DNA from: Piromyces finnis finn
Taxonomy: Eukaryota > Fungi > Neocallimastigomycota
Assembly: GCA_002104945.1 (NCBI GenBank)
Contig: MCFH01000023.1
Span: 434,001 to 498,000, forward strand
Direction: 5' to 3'
DNA: 64,000 nt
Shown: piece by piece, positions 45,101 to 57,708 of the stretch
How positions within the stretch are numbered: position 1 is the first letter of the stretch
Layout of the letters: each line of letters opens with the position of its first letter
The notes under the pieces: model-generated
What the model saw: only the letters and a program-made list of their open reading frames with translations
The model's database searches: none
Told to the model about the DNA's origin: nothing
Position numbers and translations under genes: made by a program

Positions 45101-45939
45101 CCGCTACTGGTAAAGCCATTGAATGGCTTCATAATCATCCCGAGGAAATACAATTAATTTTAAATCGTAAGAAGGATACTATCGTTAAAGAAAATATGAT
45201 GATGGATCCATTAAATAATAATACCCATTATATAAAAACTAATAAATATAATTCTTTGGAATCAACTACTTCAACTTTATCTCAATCATCCCCATTAAAT
45301 GTTCATATCAAGTTTGATGATGATGATAATGATAATGATAATGATGAAATGAAAAACCAAAAAAATACTGAAATTAGAAATGAAAATGAAAATGAGCATA
45401 ATGATAATAAAATAGAACAAAAATTTGAAACTGATGATGACGATAAAGAAGAAGGTGAGATAGAAGAAAGTGATTTAGAAGAAAACAAATATAAGGAAGA
45501 AGAAGAAAATAAAATTATTCCACATCAATCTGATTATGCCCTACTGGAAAAGAAAAAAGGAAATAAAATAGAAGAAAAGAATAAAAATATTTCAATCAAG
45601 ATTAATACAAAGACAGTAGAATATAATGATGATGATATTTCAAGTAACGATAGTAGTGACAGTAGCAGTAGTAGTACCGATAATGAAGAAGGAGAAATTG
45701 ATAAAAATAATAGTATTATTAAAAGATATCCAAAGAATAGTAATATTGATTTTTTGAAAACGCTAAATTTTAATGAAGAGGAGCAAAATATATATGAAGA
45801 AACTAGCTCTATTAGTGATGATGATGATGATGATGATGATTCGGAATCTTCAGATTCAGAATCTGAAAGTTATTATATTGATAGTACTGATCAAGATAGT
45901 GATGAAGAAGACAGTAACGATAGTAGTGAATCCTCTTAA
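35707..45939 (+). CDS. DCL: Dicer-like RNase III, ~3,158 aa; exons 35707-35947, 36167-37941, 38112-38389, 38554-44736, 44940-45939
   Basis: Domains in order: helicase-like N-terminus (STGVGKT), DUF283-like segment (IGPIRLTRKLAYQAVMLEICQYLY), PAZ-like segment (~41890-42290), RNase IIIa (ERLENLGDS...ADFVE), RNase IIIb (ERLEFLGDA...PKVLGDLFEAVIGA), a dsRBD split by the last intron, and an acidic tail. All four GT-AG introns keep phase, and the summed CDS is 9477 nt. Confidence 0.93.
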
Positions 45940-46773
45940 AATCATTTATTTTAGAATATATTTCAATATTTAGAAATAATTATTAATCTATAATGTTTTA
46001 AAGTATAATATTACATATCTAGTATTTTATCTATTTTTTTTTTTTTTCTTTTTTTTAATACTTTAAAGAATTTTATCCAATTTATACAATTTTTAATTTA
46101 TTTAATACAATTATAATTAATTTATTTAAAAATAAAACAATTTTTTTAATATATTAGAAAATTTTAAAATCTCTATAAATTAAAACTTGATACATTTAAT
46201 ACTATATACCACCTTTTAATTTAATCTTTTTTTTTTCAATCGAAATGACATTTTAATTATTTATAAACTATAAATAACCATTGTTAAATTATTCACATTT
46301 TCTAATTTTATTATTTTAATAAAAAAATAACACTATAAATCTTTATATAAAACGACCTTAATTTTAATGTTTTTTTTTTTTTTTTTTTAATTTTATTTGA
46401 TATATAATTTAAAAATAAAAATTTCAATTTCTTATTTTAATTAAATAAATATAAATATATGTTTGTAAAAATTATAATTTTTAAAAAATAATAGATTTGT
46501 TTTTTATAATTGTGTGTGTATTAATGTTATATTATTGATAATATTTTTGAAAGTGTTTAAAAAATGAAATTTTCTTTTATTTTTAATGTATTAAAAAATA
46601 AATTTTCATTTAATTATAAAAAAATAATATCTCCGAAAATTCCATTTGTTTTTTCGATAAATAATTATATATTGTTAATGCGCTTGCTATCATTCAACGT
46701 TTTAAATGTAATATTTATTGATATAATTATGCGTCTAGTTATAAACGCTGCTTGTTTTGTAAATTTATTAAAT

Positions 46774-47688
46774 TTAGAACATAAGGAAAATAATAGCAAA
46801 AACAATAGCCATCATTGAGTATTTAATAGCTTCAGCTGAACTGTCTTCCATTAGAAGAACAGAATTTGTTGGAGTGATGAAATTAATGGTTGTTTTAGTT
46901 GGGTTAGCGTTGGTACTGTTACCTTGAATAACACCATTAGTAGCAAGACTACCAACAGTTGAAGTAGCGGCATTAATACCATTGGAAACAGTAGTAGCAG
47001 CATCATTAATACCGTTAGAAACGGTGGTAGCGGCATTATTAATACCGTTAGAAACAGTAGAAACTACGTTAGCAACAGTAGTAGCGGCACTGTTAGCAAC
47101 GCTTGAAACAGTAGAAGCAGCATTATTAACACCGTTTGAAACAGTAGTGGCAACATTTCCTACAACATTACCGTTGGTACTAGTAGCAGCAGTGTTACTG
47201 TTGGAGTTGGAACTACTGTTAACAGTAGTAGTAGCACTGTTTGAACTACCGGAGTTTGAGGAATTATTGGAATTGCTGTTTGATGAAGTGGAGGTGGAAC
47301 TAGAAGTGGAACTAGCGTTGTTAGAACTGTTGGAACCAGAGTTGGAAGAAGTGGATCCTGAGTTGGTATTAGTGTTAGTGGCACTACCATGTTGCTTTTG
47401 AACGTAGTGAGTATCAATACAAGCAATGTAACATGATTCGGCTTCTGGATTGACAGTTGGACAGTTAGCAATACAACTGTTCATAGCAATAATATCAGCT
47501 AAATAATATAATATAATAATTTATTAATATCTAAATAATAACATACTTTATCAATTCCATTTTATCACTTCATTTTTATTCACAAAAAACTTTTTTTAAA
47601 CATTTTCTCATTATATACCTGCAGATTGAGCATTAGCTAAAAGAGCTAAAGTACTGATAGCAAGAGCAAAAACTTGTAAAGATTTCAT
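46774..47688 (-). CDS. Secreted Ser/Thr/Asn-rich, probably GPI-anchored surface protein with a 4-Cys head and 11-aa repeats; exons 47688-47619 and 47498-46774
   Basis: Signal peptide MKSLQVFALAISTLALLANAQSA, then CIANC...CYIAC, an S/T/N stalk and AATTVSNGIN[ND] repeats. The hydrophobic C-terminus SSAEAIKYSMMAIVFAIIFLMF fits a GPI signal. Confidence 0.85.
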
Positions 47689-50600
47689 TTTTAGTATATG
47701 TTATTTAATCAATTAATTTATTTTATTTTTAACGTTTATTTGATTTTTATTGGCTTTAACTTTTTAATTTATAATTTGTTTATTAGTTTTTTTTTCTTAA
47801 CAAAAAAAAAATTACTTTTTTTCAAATATATTATTAAATGAAACGAATTAATTTACTAATTGAATAATAATAAAAACATTTGCATTTTAAAGATTTATTG
47901 AACTTTTTATATGTTTTGGTTTTCCACATATAAAATTAATTAGAAATTTTATAATATAAGAATATTATATAATAAAATTACTTAATAATATACTATTTAA
48001 TGGATTATGTATATATTAAATAAATTATGATAAATAAATATTTAATATATATGTCAACCTATTACCATAATTCTATTACATAGAATGAAAAAAAAAAAGT
48101 TAATATATAGTATATATATTATTATATTAACATCTAGTTTATTAATTGTATTTTATTTACAAAAAATAATATTAGGACATTATTATACAATATATTAGCG
48201 ATTTAATTAAGTAGTATATTATTCGTATTGTAATATATGGTATCTGCCTTAAAAATTTATATTGTAAATAAATTAGTGTAATTTATTGTTATATATATTA
48301 TTTAATTTTATTTTATATTATTTATTAATGGTTTTATAGGGATTAATATATTTATTTCTTATAAGTTGAAATAATACACAATATATTAAAATATATTGAT
48401 TCTAATATAATTTAAAATTTATTATAGTATAATATAATAATTTTATAATAAATATTAATATAATTTTCAACTTACAAATAAATAAATCATTTTTTATTTA
48501 TAATAGAAAAATATAAACAAGTAAATAATACTATTAATTATTATTATTATTATAAATTAAAGTTGTAATCTGGGCTATATATTATTATATTATCAAGAAA
48601 AATAATAAAGTATTTTATCTCATCAATAACTATTTAATGTATTGATCAATATATATTATTTATGTTATATATATAATATAAATATAAAATAATTGAAGTA
48701 AATATTATTCATCCATTTTTATTATTAATTAAATATATATTAGTATGTACAATAAAATATATAAATAATATAGTGGAATAAAATAATTAATTATTAATAC
48801 TAAATAAAAATTAATATAAAAAAATAATTATAAATGAGTTAATATATTAAAATATTATTATATAATAAAAGAATAATTTTGATTATTAAACTAAATCCAA
48901 TCATTCCATATAATAATTGCCACTTGCCACTCTTTCTAAATATATCAAATATTAAATTCAAAAAAAAAAAAAAGTGCATTATTTTTTTTTCAATATTAAT
49001 TAAAAAGAATATAATAATATAGTAATATATATTATAATAAATAACTCATATCAAAATTAATAACTGTATAACTTCTTCATTTATATAAAAATATAATATT
49101 AAAAGACATGTATATAATTATATGAACCGCTATTTCTTTTTTTGATATTGTAAAACTTATTATTCTGCTAATATCAATAATTATCCATTTAAAAAAAATT
49201 TCTCCATTTAAAAAAAAAACTTTAATATACAAATATAAAATTTTAAAATTCAGTTAATGTAATAGAATAAATCTATTTATAAAATTAAATGAATATTTTA
49301 ATGTAATGATATTAGATATTATAATGTTAAATACATTTAAAATAATTATATATTTTATATCCTCTGAAGTAAGATAATAATAAATCAATAAAAGATGAAT
49401 ATTTAAATATAAAAATTATTTTTTTTCTCTTAAAGCAAAAAAAAATTAAAAAAAATGAAAATGAAATTATATTTTTTTATCATTTAGTATTTGCTACATT
49501 TAAGATTATAAGCCACATATCATTAAAGTAAAACAAATTTTTAAAAAGGCTTATAAATTCTTATAAAAAAAGAATGTGTACAAAACAAAAATTGTTGGAA
49601 AAACAATATATAAATTTTAATTATTGTACCTATACATATAAATAAATTTATATTAATAGAGTTTTAATATAAATTTTATTATCTATTTTATATTGAGTAG
49701 TATAACAAAATACTATATTTATATAATAAAATATAAATGATTATTTAACACAATTATTAAATAAAACCTTCTAAATATAGTAATTTTTAATTTATTTTTT
49801 GATAATTGAAAAAGAAATAAGTAAAAAAAAACTAAATATTAATAAATTGATTAGTGGATTGTAAAAGTTCAAAAGTTTTCAATAATAACAATTATTGAAA
49901 ATTAGTACTAAATTAATGTATTAATAAGAATATTATTTATCATATTTCATTATTACTTATTTTGAAATTATCTATGATATAAAAGATAAATAATAAATAA
50001 TCTGTAATTCTATGTATTAGTTAATGTTGTTAAGTATTATAAAACTTGGATGGCTAAATTTATTATAATATGTCAAATAATAATTATTAATTAGTATTCT
50101 TAACCCTTGAACTTTATTTAATATAAAAAAATATATTTATAAATACAGAAGTATTAAATTAATTTTTCTTTAAACTTTAATAAATAGTAAAATTTAATGA
50201 AATAAATGTTGGCCAATAAAAAGTCAGAATCTTTTAAATTATCAAATATTTTCAAATTTATTATTTTCTAAAAGAAAAAATATAAAAAAGCATTCTATTT
50301 TTAATAATAAAAAAAGTTTTATTATATATAATAATAAATAATAATAAATAACTACTCAATTAAATATATACACCTTAAATTATCTTTATATTTGAAATGA
50401 TTAGATTTTCACTTAAAGTGTTCATATTCATGTCTTATTGTTGGTCAATTTAAACTTTTTATATTGTGTTACCAAAATAAAAGTTCAGAATTTAAAAATT
50501 TTAAGATTTAATTAAAAATAATTAATGAATAAAAAAGGAATATTAAAATGCATGTTTATTTTTATATAATTAAAATATTATATTAGTAATAATGGTTAAC

Positions 50601-51967
50601 TAAAAAAATAAAAAAAAAAAAAAAGTATATTAATACTTAATTTCAACAAAAAAAAAGTTGTATATAACCAATAGTATTTGCATTTTATCACATAATTTAT
50701 AATATTAAAGCTAAATATTTATTTTCCTTTAATTTTTTCTTCATGATATTATTTATGCCAAGTGATTAAACAATCTATAAAAAATAATTAATAATATTAT
50801 ATTAGTGTTATATTAGTATAGAATAATTATATATAATAATTACATAATCGCATTTTAAGTTGTCAAGCCTATGTTTATTGCATTGATTAGTATTTCTGAA
50901 AATAAAATCCACAACAAAATAACAAAATGTAAATATAGATATAATCAAAATAATTAATGTAGAATGTATACATATTGTTTATATCATTTATATCATTATT
51001 TCGTTATTAATATATTAATATATTATGGGCTGGTAATGAATTTAAAAATTTATCAAATTAAAAAGATTTAACTTTCTTAAATATAATGCAACATCTGCCT
51101 TTCTATCATTAGTAGTAAAAGGTCAGACTTTTCAAATAAATTTTGTATATTCGGGAATAATGTGTTTCCGAGAATTTCAAAATTCTTTAGACAACATGAA
51201 ATAATTATTGACATCAAAATCTCACCTGTATTTCTATTTTAAATAATTTTATCCTTATAATTATTATTACTTTTAAATAACTCAGATTTTTGGTTCTACC
51301 CTTACAGAGTTTATTTTATTCCTTTTGTATTATTATTGCTTATTGTATGGTGATTTAGAATTATTTAATATCTTTTATTCCAATTATTACTTTTTCAATT
51401 AAATACATCTTTAATGAAATTATTATATTAACTGTTGTTTAGGAATTCTTATTATTATTTTGTTATTTATAATAGATACATTTGTCTTAATAAAGTTATT
51501 AAATAGTATTTCTACTATTAAAATAGAAAAAAAATTCTTATAAGCAATTAAAAAAACATTTTTAACAATCGATAATTTATAATTTGAATTAAACAATTTT
51601 ATGTTATTTAATTCAAATTAGCATTTGAATATATTAATAAATATATAATGATATATATTTCCATATATTTACTTAACATGAAAAGTTATTTAGTATATTT
51701 AATTACAGAATAAACAACCACTATTCTAATCTATGTCTTCAGCATCTGAAGACATGAAACTTTACTCATTTTCCTTTATTATATTAATAAATTATTTTTT
51801 ATAAAGTTTATGTTACCACATGACCTCATCTATAATTCAACCATTAATATATGAAATTTAATTAATTATAAAAAAAAATAAAAAATTGTTTTTTTTAATT
51901 AATTCTTTATTTTCAAATTACTATTATTTAATTTTAAAGGAAGTTTTAATAATAAAAATAATAGAAA

Positions 51968-53694
51968 ATGGGGAAAGAGACAAAAATAAATCCTAGATGT
52001 TATTTTGATATTACTATTGATGGGAAAGAAGAAGGAAGAATTATATTTGAATTGTTTGCTGATGTAACACCAAAAACTTGTGAAAACTTTAGAGCATTAT
52101 GTACAGGTTATTATCAATAATGAGATAATATAAATTAGATGAAGAATGAGAATGTTTTATTATACTAATATTCAAAAAAAAAAAAAAAAAAAAAAAAATA
52201 TTTCCTAAAGAATAAAATAAACATGCTTCTAATTGAATTTCGAATTAAATAATTAAATGAGTCATGTTTTTAAACTTAATTCCAAATGTATAATGATATT
52301 ATTTCAAATCAATAAAACATTAAAATTTAAAAGTATATTATTAAATTTTTACAGTAAATAATACAATTTTTAAAGAAAATTAAAATTATAATAATTATCA
52401 ATAATTGTCAATGTCAATAGGGGAAAATAACATTTGAATCTTATTAAAACATTATAGTAATCAATAAATTAATTCAAAAGCAAAGAAGTATGGAAATAAT
52501 ATTAATTATAATTAATTGATGAAATGATATAATGTGAAATATAATTTAGATAATTATTTTGTTGTAGAAAATATTAAATGCTTTTATTATTTTTTTAAAA
52601 AAAAAAAAAAAATACCAAATCAAATTAAAAATTATTTAATGCTTTATATTTCAAATACAGGAATTTAGTAATAGAATATTTAATAAATTTAATGAATCAT
52701 TAATACATTTAAATAAATTTCAATTTAAAAAAGTTATTTTTTTAATAACATTTATTGATTAAAAATAATCAATTCATTCATTTTATATAAAAAGTTATAT
52801 ATTTTTTTTTAACATTTAATCATATAAAGATCACAGCAATTATATATATATCATTAATTTATTTTATCTATCTATTTCATCAATATTAATAATTATTAGG
52901 TGAACTTGGTTCTTCAAAACTTTCTAATCGTCCACTTCACTATAAGCTTTCAAAATTCCATAGAGTTATAAAAGGTTTTATGTGTCAAGGTAAAGTACTT
53001 TAAAAAAAAAAAGTTCAGTTAGTATACATAGAAATTTTTATATATTATTTATTAAATTATAATATTATGTAAAAGTTAATCAATTTTCTTATTTTTTCAA
53101 TAATTTTATTTTATTTTTTATCTTTAGGTGGTGACTATACACAAGGCAAATATTCATAATTTTCTGATGGTTTTAAACAAAATGATTGCTTATAATTTTA
53201 TAGTTATTAATTTTATTATTATGATTAATACTTTTTTTTATTTATTTTTAGGATCAGGTTCTGGTGGTGAATCAATCTACGGTTTAAACTTTCCAGATGA
53301 AAATTTTAAAAAGAAGCATACATCTGAAGGTTTATTATGTATGGCAAATAGGTAAATATTATATAATAAATAAGTAATATATTAATATATTAAAGATAAA
53401 TAAGATTAAATGGATAGGATATAATACTTCATAAATACCATATTATTATACTAGTAATTAATTCGTACAATTATATGTTTTTTTGTATAGAGGTCCAAAC
53501 ACCAACTCATCACAGGTTTTTTGAAATATTTATTTGCGAAATTTTTTATTTTTGATATATAATTTTCTGAATCATTTATTTATTAAATTAAATATATTAT
53601 TATATATATATATATAGTTCTATATTACATGTAGACCTTGTTCTAATCTAGATGGAAAACATGGTAATATATAAAAGAAATAATAATGATGAAA

Positions 53695-53764
<70 letters not shown>

Positions 53765-55145
53765 TCAATTATAATAACATATTAATTCTATCTCTTGTTT
53801 TATTTTAAATATATTAATAGTTGTATTTGGTAAGTAAAAAATAAAAAAAAAAAAAATCTGTATTCATTATAAAAAAAAAAAATTATAATATAAATCAATG
53901 TTAATAATAATATTATTATTATATTTAAAGGTCGTGTTGTTAGTGGTTATAAAATTGTAGAAAAAATTGAAAATGTTCAAACCGATGAAAAAGATTGTCC
54001 TATTTTACCTGTAGTAATTTCAAATTGTGGTGAATTAGAATTAAGAAAAGTAGTAAAAAAGGTTCCTAAAAAGGAAGAACCTAAAAAAAAAGAAGAAACA
54101 AAAAAAGAAAATAAAACCGAAAAAAAGAAAAAGAGAAAACAAATTAAATCATATTCCAGTTCAGATTCTGATTCTGATTCATATTCATCTGGCTCGGAAT
54201 CAAGTTCTGGATATGATTCTTATAGTGATTCAAGTTCATATTCCGGATCTAGTGGTTATTCCTCATACTCTGATAGTTCAACAGATAGTGAAAGTGAAAA
54301 TGATCATAAAAAAAATAAAAAAAAGAGCCGTAAACATAAAAAATTAAAAAAGCATTCTTCAAAAAAGCATAAAGAAGAAAAAAAATTAAATAAAAAGAAA
54401 TCTAAATCATCATATTCTGATTCTGGTTCTGATTCAGAATCCGAGCATCACAATGACGATAAGAAGAAAGATAAATTACAAGAGAAGGATAAAAAAATAA
54501 CATCTGAAGAAAATAAAAAGGAAATAGAAAACAAAAAAGACAAAAAAGACAATGATGGTAAAATCGAAAAGAAAAAAGAAAAAAGCAGAGGAAGAAGCAA
54601 AAGTAGGAGCAGAAGTAGGAGCAGGAGTCGTTCTGATAGTAGAAGCAGTAAGAGAAGCATAAGTGATAGTGAAAGTGAAGAAGAAGGAGAAATAAGAAGA
54701 AAAAGGAAGAGAAGTTGGAGTAGAAGTCGGAGTAGAAGTAGAAGCTGGAGTAGAAATAATAATAGAAGATATAGAGATAAATATAGATACAGAAGTAGAA
54801 GCAGAAGTAGAAGCAGAGACAGATATAGTAGAAATAAGCGATCTCAAGATCACTGGAAAAATGATTCTTCGTTCAGACCTCGTAATAATTATCGTCAAAG
54901 AGATAGTCGTTTGGAAGTCTATAACGAATATAGAAGAAGTGATCCACCAATTGCCTCATCTAACATAGATGTATCTAAAATAAAATATAAAGGAAGAGGA
55001 CGTATGATGGTAAGTAGTTAATTATTCAAAACAATAACATAATTATATAATATATAATAATAATTTTAAATAAATTAACATTTTATTTATTTACTTTTAT
55101 TATAATCCCTAATTATTGTAGTATCGTAGAGATTGGACTAAATAA
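51968..55145 (+). CDS. Cyclophilin-type PPIase with Lys/Ser-rich and RS domains (PPIG/CypRS-like); exons 51968-52106, 52900-52989, 53128-53145, 53252-53351, 53491-53515, 53618-53663, 53821-53829, 53931-55009, 55122-55145
   Basis: The spliced product reads [98 protein letters not shown]. It continues into RSRSRSRS repeats and a C-terminal [11 protein letters not shown]. Confidence 0.9.
53698..53762. repeat. (ATT)n microsatellite in cyclophilin intron 6
   Basis: A run of TTA repeats directly visible in the sequence. Confidence 0.9.
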
Positions 55146-55461
55146 GCATCAACCTTTTAAAAAAAAATGCAAAAAAATATATTCATTTAAAATCATCCAA
55201 TAAAGTTTTTTAATTTTAAAATCCTCTCTTTATGCATATACTTTGTATTTTATATATTTTTATTCTTTTATTTATTTGAATATAAATAATTAATATATAA
55301 TTGAGTATTGTAAATTTGTTTTTAATTATTTATAAAACCAGAAAACCCCATATTTTATTCTTTTAGTATATATAATGCAAACAATTACTAAATAAAAATT
55401 ATTTATTAAAAAAAAATTTTTTTTTATAAAACTCAAATATTGATATTTATTATTTGTTAAT

Positions 55462-55463
55462 AT

Positions 55464-55538
<75 letters not shown>
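55462..55538. repeat. (TTTA)n tetranucleotide microsatellite downstream of the cyclophilin
   Basis: About 19 consecutive TTTA units. Confidence 0.9.
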
Positions 55539-55539
<1 letters not shown>

Positions 55540-56838
55540 AATACTTAATTTTAAATTTTAAAAATTTAATTAAAATTTTTTTAAATTTAAATTCCATAAA
55601 ACATTGTAAAATTTGTTAAATTAAAATTATTAAAAAAAAATAAGAAAAGATAAAAGCTTGTTCTCTTTTCTATTCTTTTTTAAGTAAACTAAAATTGAAT
55701 AAATCCTATTAAAAATTAAAATATATTTTTATATATTTATATATATTTTTTTTATTTATTCATTATTGAATATGAATACTATATAAATATCAAGCTTTTA
55801 AAACTTGGTAAATTTTTTTTTTCTTTTTTTCATTTGATCTTAATTCGACCTTTTAAAAGTCAATATATTTATTATATATTAAATTCATATATTGTATTAT
55901 TATTGTAATAAATTAAAAAAGTTAATTAATTGATCTATCTTGATAAATCCTTTTCATTATAAAAATTTAATACACAAAGTATACAACATTCTTTGTATTA
56001 ATTACTTTATATATAATTAAACAGTTAAAGTTAAATGCATATACGAGCTATTAATAAGATTACTCATTCTATATTTCTTATTTTTGTTTTATATTTATAT
56101 ATAATGATTAATAGGTAATTAATAAAGGAAGAAAGATTATTTACACAATTAATAATAATACTACTACTGCTAAAATTTATTAAGCTAATTATAGCTTAAG
56201 AATAATTTTCAAGAGATAATGATAAAAAGAGAATATTATATTATTATTGAATATTAAATAATAAAAAACTAAAACACGAAATAATAATAATAATGTTATA
56301 ATAAAAATATACAAAAAATGGTATAAATAAAATTAGATTTTCTAATTTCTTATTTTTCTTCTACTTTGTTGTTGTTATTGCTACTGTTTTTCTTTAATAG
56401 TATTATTATTATTCTTTAATTTTACCTGTTACTAATTATTAATTTTTTCATCGCTTGAAATTTAATAAAGTTTCTATTTTTTCATTAATCATTAATCGCC
56501 TTCACTTTTCTTCTTTTATATATATACTCTTTTTAATGCCCTATTAATATTTATATTTTTTATTAACAGAGATACACATCTTTACTTAATGGGATTAAAT
56601 GAATAATACAATTCTTTATTTTTTTATATTTATACCGTTTAATTTCTTTAAATTATCAACATAATATTATAGTAAAATTGAATATTTATTTATATTTTTT
56701 CTATAGAGAATTATTATAAAGATTTATTCTCATATTTATTATATTTGTATGGGTAAAATTTAGTAATATTTTTTTGTTTGTTTATGTATTGTTTTATAAT
56801 GATTATTTCGATAATTAAGAATGATGATATTATTTTTC

Positions 56839-57708
56839 TTACATATTAATAAACACAATAAATAAGGAAAATATTAATATTGTTGTAAATGAAATAGTAA
56901 TGGACATAGCACTACTAATATCATTTATATTCACATATTTTGGACATTTATTTGAAAGAAGATCAAAGATTTCATCAGTATTAGTGTTATTAATTTTTAT
57001 TGTAACAGTTTCGTTATTTCCTTGATCATAGGTAATACTTTTTCTATTTTCTGAATTAAGTTTTGAACGATAATTTTGCATTTCTCTATAGTTTTTAAGA
57101 ATACCATCAATACAAGTATTTGTTGGATCATTTGCAGTCACATTATTTTGTTTACAACCTATAATTAATTCCTCTTGGAATTTAGTATAATTGGTTTTTA
57201 AATAATGAATAATTGGACATAATTTTCCTTTTTCTTCATTACCGGTTGACATACCAGTATCTTCTAAAATTGTATGATTTCCAGTCTTGTATTCATTACA
57301 TAAAAGTTGAATATTAGCATCTAAATATCTAATACCATATGAAAATTGCGTATCTCCACAAGGATTTAATTTTCTGAAATTTTCTAAAGCATCAAAATAT
57401 TTATTTTTACAAATATCATTATCATTACTGACTACATTGACATGAAAAAGATTAAGAGATACAACATATGCATGCTTCATACAATCATCATTTGTTTGAC
57501 TAAGAGCATCTTCAAAATGTAAATAATCTTCTGTTTTTTCTACATCAACAGTTGGAGTCGAAATTTCACTTTCTATTGTAGTAGTGGCTTCTTCCTTTGT
57601 AGAATTTGCAGTAACGGTAACATATACAGTAACATCTTCTGAACTGACCTTTACAAAGTAACAACATAAAAATACTAATATAACTATTATACTATATTTA
57701 TGAACCAT
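56839..57708 (-). CDS. Secreted Cys-rich, probably GPI-anchored protein, 289 aa, single exon
   Basis: N-terminal signal peptide, a T/E-rich segment, about 8 Cys (C..C..PC..LLC..KLCP..GC..C) and several N-glycosylation sequons. The hydrophobic C-terminus is SSAMSITISFTTILIFSLFIVFINM. Confidence 0.82.
   Translation of the reverse strand: MVHKYSIIVILVFLCCYFVKVSSEDVTVYVTVTANSTKEEATTTIESEISTPTVDVEKTEDYLHFEDALSQTNDDCMKHAYVVSLNLFHVNVVSNDNDICKNKYFDALENFRKLNPCGDTQFSYGIRYLDANIQLLCNEYKTGNHTILEDTGMSTGNEEKGKLCPIIHYLKTNYTKFQEELIIGCKQNNVTANDPTNTCIDGILKNYREMQNYRSKLNSENRKSITYDQGNNETVTIKINNTNTDEIFDLLSNKCPKYVNINDISSAMSITISFTTILIFSLFIVFINM

Noticed and set aside
46982-47401. 139-aa plus-strand ORF rich in V/A/L/E
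   Set aside because: It is the antisense shadow of the repeat-containing GPI protein and stays open because of that gene's codon bias.
53128-53355. ORF track product MVTIHKAN...GSGSGGES
   Set aside because: Read-through of a 106-nt intron in the wrong frame. The true product uses the 18-nt micro-exon and GC donor.
54448-54898. Minus-strand poly-Leu and Thr/Ser ORFs
   Set aside because: Antisense shadows of the cyclophilin RS domain.
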